DNA from: Eledone cirrhosa
Taxonomy: Eukaryota
Direction of reading: 5' to 3'
Length of the DNA: 64,000 nucleotides
NCBI GenBank assembly: GCA_964016885.1
Contig: OZ024744.1
Location: forward strand, 24,056,001-24,120,000
Shown here: one piece after another, positions 55,301-64,000 of the stretch
How positions within the stretch are numbered: position 1 is the first letter of the stretch
Layout: every line of letters begins with the position of its first letter
The notes under the pieces: generated by a model
What the model was told of the DNA's origin: nothing
Database searches by the model: none
Seen by the model: only the letters and a program-made list of their open reading frames with translations
Program-made: the position numbers and the translations under genes

Positions 55301-58300
55301 ACAACAGCTGAATCTTAAGATAAACTCGTTTTAACAACAGTTGATTTCTTAAGATACAACTCGTTTTAACTACAGTTGAATCTTAAGAACTGACTCGTTT
55401 TAACAACAGCTGAATCTTAAGATAAACCTCGTTTTAACAACAGTTGTATCTTAAGAACTGATTCGTTTTAACAACAGATGAATCTTAAGATAAACCTCGT
55501 TTTAACAACAGTTGAATCTTGAGAACTGGCTCGTTTAAACAACAGTTGAATCTTAAGATAAAACTCGTTTTAACAACAGTTGAATCTTAAGAACTGACTC
55601 GTTTTAACAACAGTTGAATCTTAAGATAAAACTCGTTTTAACAACAGTTGAATCTTAAGAACTGACTCGTTTTAACAACAGCTGAATCTTAAGATAAAAC
55701 TCGTATTAACAACAGTTGAATCTTAAGAACTGACTCGTTTTATCAACAGTTCAACCTTAAGAACTGACTCGTTTTAACAACAGTTGAATCTTCAAATAAA
55801 ACTCGTTTTAACAACAGTTGAATCTAAAGAACTGACTCGTTTTAACAACAGTTGAATCTTAAGATAAAACTCGTTTTAACAACAGTTGAATCTTGAGAAC
55901 TGGCTCGTTTAAACAACAGTTGAATCTTAAGAACTGACTCGTTTTAACAACAGTTGAATCTTAAGAACTGACTCGTTTTAACAACAGTTGAATCTTAAGA
56001 TAAAACTCGTTTTAACAACAGTTGAATCTTAAGAACTGACTCGTTTTAACAACAGCTGAATCTTAAGATAAAACTCGTATTAACAACAGTTGAATCTTAA
56101 GAACTGACTCGTTTTATCAACAGTTCAACCTTAAGAACTGACTCGTTTTAACAACAGTTGAATCTTCAAATAAAACTCGTTTTAACAACAGTTGAATCTA
56201 AAGAACTGACTCGTTTTAACAACAGCTGAATCTTAAGATTAAACTCGTTTTAACAACAGTTGAATCTTAAGACAAAACCCGTTTTAACAACAGTTCAATC
56301 TTAAGAACTTTCTCGTTTTAACAACAGTTGAATCTTAAGAAAAACCTCGTTTTAACAACAGTTTAATCTTAAGAACTGACTCGTTTTAACAACAGTTGAA
56401 TCCTAAGATAAAATTCGTTTTAACAACAGTTGAATCTTAAGAACTGACTCGTTTTATAAACAGTTCAACCTAAAGAACTGACTCGTTTTAACAACTGTTG
56501 AATCTTCAAATAAAACTCGTTTTAACGACAGTTGAATATTAAGAACTGACTCGTTTTAACAGCAGTTGAATCTTAATCTAAAACTCGTTTTAATAACAGT
56601 TGAATCTTAAGATAAAACTCGTTTTAACAACAGTTTAATCTTAAGAACTGACTCGTTTTAACAACAGTTGAATTTTAAGATAAAACTCGTTTTAACAACA
56701 GTTGAATCTTAAGAACTGACTCGTTTTATCAACAGTTCAACCTTAAGAACTGACTCATTTTAACAAAAGTTGAATCTTCAAATAAAACTCGTTTTAACAA
56801 CAGTTCACTGTTAAGAACTAATTCGTTTTAACAACAGCTGAATCTGAAGATAAAACTCGTTTTAACAACAGTTGAATCTTAAGATAAAACTCGTTTTAAC
56901 AACAGTTGAATCTTAAGAACTGACTCGTTTTAACAACAGCTGAATCTTAAGATAAAACTCGTTTTAACAACAGTTGAATCTTAAGAACTGACTCGTTTTA
57001 TCAACAGTTCAACCTTAAGAACTGACTCATTTTAACAAAAGTTGAATCTTAAAATAAAACTCGTTTTAACAACAGTTGAATCTTAAGAACTGACTCATTT
57101 TAACAACAGTTGAATCTTAAGATAAAACTCGTTTTAACAACAGTTGAATCTTAAGAACTGTCTCGTTTTAACAACAGTTGAATCTTAAGAACTAACTCGT
57201 TTTAACAACAGTTGAATCTTAAGAACTGACTCGTTTTAACAACAGTTGAATCTTAAGAACTGACTCGATTTATAAACAGTTCAACCTTAAGAACTGACTC
57301 GTTTTAACAACAGTTGAATCTTCAAATAAAACTCGTTTTAACAACAGTTGAATATTAAGAACTGACTCGTTTTAACAGCAGTTGAATCTTAATATAAAAC
57401 TCGTTTTAACAACAGTTGAATCTTAATATAAAACTCGTTTTAACAACAGTTGAATCTTAAGAACTGACTCGTTTTAATAACAGTTGAATCTTAAGATAGA
57501 ACTCGTTTTAACAACAGTTGAATCTTAAGAACTCACTCGTTTTATCAACAGTTCAACCTTAAGAACTGACTCATTTTAACAACAGTTGAATCTTCAAATA
57601 AAACTCGTTTTAACAACAGTTGAATCTTAAGAACTGATTCGTTTTAACAACAGCTGAATCTTAAGATAAACTCGTTTTAACAACAGTTGAATCTTAAGAT
57701 AAAATTCGTTTTAACAACAGTTGAATCTTAAGAACTGACTCGTTTTAACATCAGCTAAATCTTAAGATAAAACTCGTTTTAACAACAGTTGAATCTTAAG
57801 AACTAACTCGTGTTAACAACAGTTGAATCTTAAGATAAAACTCGTTTTAACAACAGTTGAATCTTAAGAACTGTCTCGTTTTAACAACAGTTGAATCTTA
57901 AGAACTGACTCGTTTTAACAACAGTTGAATCTTATGATAAAACTCTTTTTAACAACAGTTGAATCTTAAGATAAAACTCGTTTTAACAACAGTTGAATCT
58001 TAAGAACTGACTCGTTTTAACAACAGTTTAATCTTAAGAACTGACTCGTTTTATAAACAGTTCAACCTTAAGAACTGACTCGTTTTAACAACAGTTGAAT
58101 CTTCAAATAAAACTCGTTTTAACAACAGTTGAATATTAAGAACTGACTCGTTTTAACAGCAGTTGAATCTTAATATAAAACTCGTTTTAACAACAGTTGA
58201 ATCTTAAGAACTGACTCGTTTTAATAACAGTTGAATCTTAAGATAAAACTCGTTTTAACAACAGTTGAATCTTAATAACTGACTCGTTTTATCAACAGTT

Positions 58301-61300
58301 CAACCTTAAGAACTGACTCATTTTAACAACATTTGAATCTTCAAATAAAACTCGTTTTAACAACAGTTGAAAGTTAAGAACTGATTCGTTTTAACAACAG
58401 CTGAATCTTAAGATAAACTCGTTTTAACAACAGTTGAATCTTAAGATAAACCTCGTTTTAACAACAGTTTAATCTTAAGAACTGACTCGTTTTAACAACA
58501 GTTGAATCTTAAGATAAAATTCGTTTTAACAACAGTTGAATCTTAAGAACTGATTCGTTTTAACAACAGTTCAAACTTAAGAACTGACTCGTTTTAACAA
58601 CAGTTGAATCTTAAGATAAAACTCGTTTTAACAACAGTTGAATCTTAAGAACTGATTCGTATTAACAACAGTTGAATATTAAGATAAAACTCGTTTTAAC
58701 AACAGTTAAATCTTAAGAACTGACTCGTTTTAACAACAGTTGAATCTTAAGATAAAACTCGTTTTAACAACAGTTGAATCTTAAGAACTGTCTCGTTTTA
58801 ACAACAGTTGAATCTTAAGAACTGACTCGTTTAACAACAGTTGAATCTTATGATAAAACTCGTTTTAACAACAGTTGAATCTTAAGAACTGACTCGTTTT
58901 AACAACAGTTGAATCTTAAGATAAAACTCGTTTTAACAACAGTTGAATCTTAAGAACTGACTCGTTTAACAACAGTTTAATCTTAAGAACTGACTCGTTT
59001 TATAAACAGTTCAACCTTAAGAACTGACTCGTTTTAACAACAGTTGAATCTTCAAATAAAACTCGTTTTAGCAACAGTTGAATCTTAAGAACTGACTCGT
59101 TTTAATAACAGTTGAATCTTAAGATAAAACTCGTTTTAACAACAGTTGAATCTTAAGAACTGACTCGTTTTAACAACAGCTGAATTTTGAGATAAAACTC
59201 GTTTTAACAACAGTTGAATCTTAATAACTGACTCGTTTTATCAACAGTTCAACCTTAAGAACTGACTCATTTTAACAACATTTGAATCTTCAAATAAAAC
59301 TCGTTTTAACAACAGTTGAATGTTAAGAACTGATTCGTTTTAACAACAGCTGAATCTTAAGATAAACTCGTTTTAACAACAGTTGAATCTTAAGATAAAC
59401 CTCGTTTTAACAACAGTTTAATCTTAAGAACTGACTCGTTTTAACAACAGTTGAATCTTAAGATAAAATTCGTTTTAACAACAGTTGAATCTTAAGAACT
59501 GATTCGTTTTAACAACAGTTCAAACTTAAGAACTGACTCGTTTTAACAACAGTTGAATCTTAAGATAAAACTCGTTTTAACAACAGTTGAATCTTAAGAA
59601 CTGATTCGTATTAACAACAGTTGAATATTAAGATAAAACTCGTTTTAACAACAGTTAAATCTTAAGAACTGTCTCGTTTTAACAATAGTTGAATCTTAAG
59701 AACTGACTCGTTTTAACAACAGTTGAATCTTATGATAAAACTCGTTTTAACAACAGTTGAATCTTAAGAACTGACTCGTTTTAACAACAGTTGAATCTTA
59801 AGAACTGACTCGTTTTATAAACAGTTCAACCTTAAGAACTGACTCGTTTTAACAACAGTTGAATCTTCAAATAAAACTCGTTTTAACAACAGTTGAATAT
59901 TAAGAACTGACTCGTTTTAACAGCAGTTGAATCTTAATATAAAACTCGTTTTAACAACAGTTGAATCTTAAGATAAAACTTGTTTTAACAACAGTTGAAT
60001 CGTAAGAACTGACTCGTTTTAATAACAGTTGAATCTTAAGATAGAACTCGTTTTAACAACAGTTGAATCTTAAGAACTGACTCGTTTTAACAACAGCTGA
60101 ATTTTAAGATAAAACTCGTTTTAACAACAGTTGAATCTTAAGAACTGACTCGTTTTATCAACAGTTCAACCTTAAGAACTGACTCATTTTAACAACAGTT
60201 GAATCTTCAAATAAAACTCGTTTTAACAACAGTTGAATGTTAAGAACTGAATCGTTTTAACAACAGCTGAATCTTAAGATAAACTCGTTTTAACAACAGT
60301 TGAATCTTAAGATAAACCTCGTTTTAACATCTGTTTAATCTTAAGAACTGAATCGTTTTAACAACAGTTGAATCTTAAGATAAAATTCGTTTTAACAATA
60401 GTTGAATCTTAAGAACTGATTCGTTTTAACAACAGTTCAAACTTAAGAACTGACTCGTTTTAACAACAGCTGAATCTTAAGAACTGATTCGTTTTAACAA
60501 CAGCTGAATCTTAAGATAAACTCGTTTTAACAACAGTTGAATCTTAAGATAAAACTCGTTTTAACTACAGTTGAATCTTAAGAACTGACTCGTTTTAACA
60601 ACAGCTGAATCTTAAGATAAACCTCGTTTTAACAACAGTTGTATCTTAAGAACTGATTCGTTTTAACAACAGATGAATCTTAAGATAAACCTCGTTTTAA
60701 CAACAGTTGAATCTTGAGAACTGGCTCGTTTAAACAACAGTTGAATCTTAAGATAAAACTCGTTTTAACAACAGTTGAATCTTAAGAACTGACTCGTTTT
60801 AACAACAGTTGAATCTTAAGATAAAACTCGTTTTAACAACAGTTGAATCTTAAGAACTGACTCGTTTTAACAACAGCTGAATCTTAAGATAAAACTCGTA
60901 TTAACAACAGTTGAATCTTAAGAACTGACTCGTTTTATCAACAGTTCAACCTTAAGAACTGACTCGTTTTAACAACAGTTGAATCTTCAAATAAAACTCG
61001 TTTTAACAACAGTTGAATCTAAAGAACTGACTCGTTTTAACAACAGTTGAATCTTAAGATAAAACTCGTTTTAACAACAGTTGAATCTTAAGAACTGTCT
61101 CGTTTTAACGACAGTTGAATCTTAAGAACTGACTCGTTTTAACAACAGCTGAATCTTAAGATTAAACTCGTTTTAACAACAGTTGAATCTTAAGACAAAA
61201 CCCGTTTTAACAACAGTTCAATCTTAAGAACTTTCTCGTTTTAACAACAGTTGAATCTTAAGATAAACCTCGTTTTAACAACAGGTTTAATCTTAAGAAC

Positions 61301-62640
61301 TGACTCGTTTTAACAACAGTTGAATCCTAAGATAAAATTCGTTTTAACAACAGTTGAATCTTAAGAACTGACTCGTTTTATAAACAGTTCAACCTAAAGA
61401 ACTGACTCGTTTTAACAACTGTTGAATCTTCAAATAAAACTCGTTTTAACAACAGTTGAATATTAAGAACTGACTCGTTTTAACAGCAGTTGAATCTTAA
61501 TCTAAAACTCGTTTTAATAACAGTTGAATCTTAAGATAAAACTCGTTTTAACAACAGTTTAATCTTAAGAACTGACTCGTTTTAACAACAGTTGAATTTT
61601 AAGATAAAACTCGTTTTAACAACAGTTGAATCTTAAGAACTGACTCGTTTTATCAACAGTTCAACCTTAAGAACTGACTCATTTTAACAAAAGTTGAATC
61701 TTCAAATAAAACTCGTTTTAACAACAGTTCACTGTTAAGAACTAATTCGTTTTAACAACAGCTGAATCTTAAGATAAAACTCGTTTTAACAACAGTTGAA
61801 TCTTAAGATAAAACTCGTTTTAACAACAGTTGAATCTTAAGAACTGACTCGATTTAATAACAGTTGAATCTTAAGATAAAACTCGTTTTAACAACAGTTG
61901 AATCTTAAGAACTGACTCGTTTTAACAACAGCTGAATTTTAAGATAAAACTCGTTTTAACAACAGTTGAATATTAAGAACTGACTCGTTTTATCAACAGT
62001 TCAACCTTAAGAACTGACTCATTTTAACAAAAGTTGAATCTTAAAATAAAACTCGTTTTAACAACAGTTGAATCTTAAGAACTGACTCGTTTTAACAACA
62101 GTTGAATCTTAAGATAAAACTCGTTTTAACAACAGTTGAATCTTAAGAACTGTCTCGTTTTAACAACAGTTGAATCTTAAGAACTAACTCGTTTTAACAA
62201 CAGTTTAATCTTAAGAACTGACTCGTTTTAACAACAGTTGAATCTTAAGAACTGACTCGATTTATAAACAGTTCAACCTTAAGAACTGACTCGTTTTAAC
62301 AACAGTTGAATCTTCAAATAAAACTCGTTTTAACAACAGTTGAATATTAAGAACTGACTCGTTTTAACAGCAGTTGAATCTTAATATAAAACTCGTTTTA
62401 ACAACAGTTGAATCTTAATATAAAACTCGTTTTAACAACAGTTGAATCTTAAGAACTGACTCGTTTTAATAACAGTTGAATCTTAAGATAGAACTCGTTT
62501 TAACAACAGTTGAATCTTAAGAACTCACTCGTTTTATCAACAGTTCAACCTTAAGAACTGACTCATTTTAACAACAGTTGAATCTTCAAATAAAACTCGT
62601 TTTAACAACAGTTGAATCTTAAGAACTGATTCGTTTTAAC
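49320..62640. repeat. Three copies of a ~4.4-5.2 kb higher-order unit (starting ~49320, ~53770, ~58970)
   Basis: TAAGATAGAA at 50391/54841/60037 (offsets 4450, 5196), TAAGAACTTTCTC at 51851/56302/61225, AGTTCACTGT at 52351/56802/61726, ACTCACTC at 53046/57531/62523. Confidence 0.87.
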
Positions 62641-64000
62641 AACAGCTGAATCTTAAGATAAACTCGTTTTAACAACAGCTGAATCTTAAGATGAAACTCG
62701 TTTTAACAACAGTTGAATCTTAAGAACTGACTCGTTTTATCAACAGTTCAACCTTAAGAACTGACTCATTTTAACAACAGTTGAATCTTCAAATAAAACT
62801 CGTTTTAACAACAGTTGAATCTTAAGATAAACCTCGTTTTAACAACAGTTTAATCTTAAGAACTGACTCGTTTTAACAACAGTTGAACCTCATATAACAT
62901 TCGTTTTAACAACAGTTGAATCTTAAGAACTGATTCGTTTTAACAACAGTTCAAACTTAAGAACTGACTCGTTTTAACAACAGCTGAATCTTAAGATGAA
63001 ACTCGTTTTAACAACAGTTGAATCTTAAGAACTGACTCGTTTTATCAACAGTTCAACCTTAAGAACTGACTCATTTTAACAACAGTTGAATCTTCAAATA
63101 AAACTCGTTTTAACAACAGTTGAATCTTAAGAACTGATTCGTTTTAACAACAGCTGAATCTTAAGATAAACTCGTTTTAACAACAGTTGAATCTTAAGAT
63201 AAAATTCGTTTTAACAACAGTTGAATCTTAAGAACTGACTCGTTTTAACAACAGTTGAATCTTAAGATAAAACTCGTTTTAACAACAGTTGAATCTTAAG
63301 AACTGACTCGTTTTATCAACAGTTCAACCTTAAGAACTGACTCGTTTTAACAACAGTTGAATCTTCAAATAAAACTCGTTTTAACAACAGTTGAATCTAA
63401 AGAACTGACTCGTTTTAACAACAGTTGAATCTTAAGATAAAACTCGTTTTAACAACAGTTGAATCTTAAGAACTGACTCATTTTAACAACAGTTGAATCG
63501 TAAGATAAAACACGTTTTAACAACAGTTGAATCTTAAGACAAAACCCGTTTTAACAACAGTTGAATCTTAAGAACTGTCTCGTTTTAACGACAGTTGAAT
63601 CTTAAGAACTGACTCGTTTTAACAGCAGTTGAATCTTAATATAAAACTCGTTTTAACAACAGTTGAATCTGAAGATAAAACTCGTTTTAACAACAGTTGA
63701 ATCTTAAGAACTGACTCGTTTTAATAACAGTTGAATCTTAAGATAAAACTCGTTTTAACAACAGTTGAATCTTAAGAACTGACTCGTTTTAACAACAGTT
63801 GAATCTTAAGAACTGACTCGTTTTATCAACAGTTCAACCTTAAGAACTGACTCATTTTAACAACAGTTGAATCTTCAAATAAAACTCGTTTTAACAACAG
63901 TTGAATCTTCAGATAAAACTCGTTTTAACTACAGTTGAATCTTAAGAACTGACTCGTTTTAACAACAGCTGAATCTTAAGATAAAACTCGTTTTAACAAC

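Larger units (their letters stand above)
1..64000. repeat. Tandem satellite array, 34-bp monomer (consensus ACTCGTTTTAACAACAGTTGAATCTTAAGA[ACTG|TAAA]), about 1,880 copies, running off both window ends
   Basis: The unit recurs every 34 bp (occasional 33/35/36-bp indel variants) from the first to the last base, always in the same orientation, with no unique intervening sequence seen. Type A is 11/34 GC and type B is 9/34 GC. Confidence 0.99.

Noticed and set aside
1-64000. CRISPR array: the B-type unit read as GTTTTAACAACAGTTGAATCTTAAGATAAAAC has GTTTTA...AAAAC ends and a length reminiscent of type II CRISPR repeats
   Set aside because: There are no unique spacers (only 2 nt between such units), no leader and no cas genes. 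Variation is point mutation with kb-scale duplication, which is typical of satellite DNA.
1-64000. Repetitive protein-coding ORF on either strand
   Set aside because: Each monomer has TAA and TGA stops on the + strand, and the palindromic TTAA gives TAA on the - strand. Because 34 is not a multiple of 3, stops cycle through all frames within three monomers.
1-64000. Transcription-factor site arrays (TGACTCA AP-1/GCN4-like, CAGTTG/CAGCTG E-box or MYB-like)
   Set aside because: These are short motifs that are trivially multiplied by tandem amplification. There is no nearby gene or other evidence of function.
1-64000. TTAA sites as piggyBac footprints, or monomers as MITE or transposon termini
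   Set aside because: No inserted element, long terminal inverted repeats, target-site duplications around unique DNA or transposase sequence were seen.
1-64000. Telomeric repeat, plasmid iterons or rDNA spacer subrepeats
   Set aside because: There is no G-rich strand or uniform telomerase-like unit, and no rep gene or rRNA sequence. The array is far longer than iteron or spacer arrays.
1-64000. A/B monomer order as an information-bearing code, or the array as a rolling-circle or sequencing artefact
   Set aside because: The order is explained by nested duplications, with no evidence of a readout mechanism. Heritable, hierarchically shared variants argue against a simple concatemer artefact, although individual large duplications still need read support.

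Overview
The whole 64 kb window is one uninterrupted, head-to-tail, single-orientation satellite DNA array (~30% GC, ~1,880 copies of a 34-bp monomer). Two main monomer types share the first 30 bases: A = ACTCGTTTTAACAACAGTTGAATCTTAAGA-ACTG and B = ACTCGTTTTAACAACAGTTGAATCTTAAGA-TAAA. I found no genes, RNA genes, transposon insertions, inversions or unique spacers, and I cannot identify the organism or name the satellite family. The notable content is the array's nested architecture: a likely 17-bp ancestral half-unit, A/B alternation, a recurring linked variant pair, ~1.26 kb and ~4.7 kb higher-order units, and near-identical multi-kb duplications (offsets 2444, 4885, 9934, 11391, 1423, 7733, 3834, ~4450 and ~5196 bp, read by eye from rare marker variants). 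Variant content also switches between a left domain (to ~38-41 kb) and a right domain. This matches eukaryotic centromeric, pericentromeric or subtelomeric satellite, but function is inference. I see no sequence evidence for a novel gene-based system. Block boundaries are approximate.
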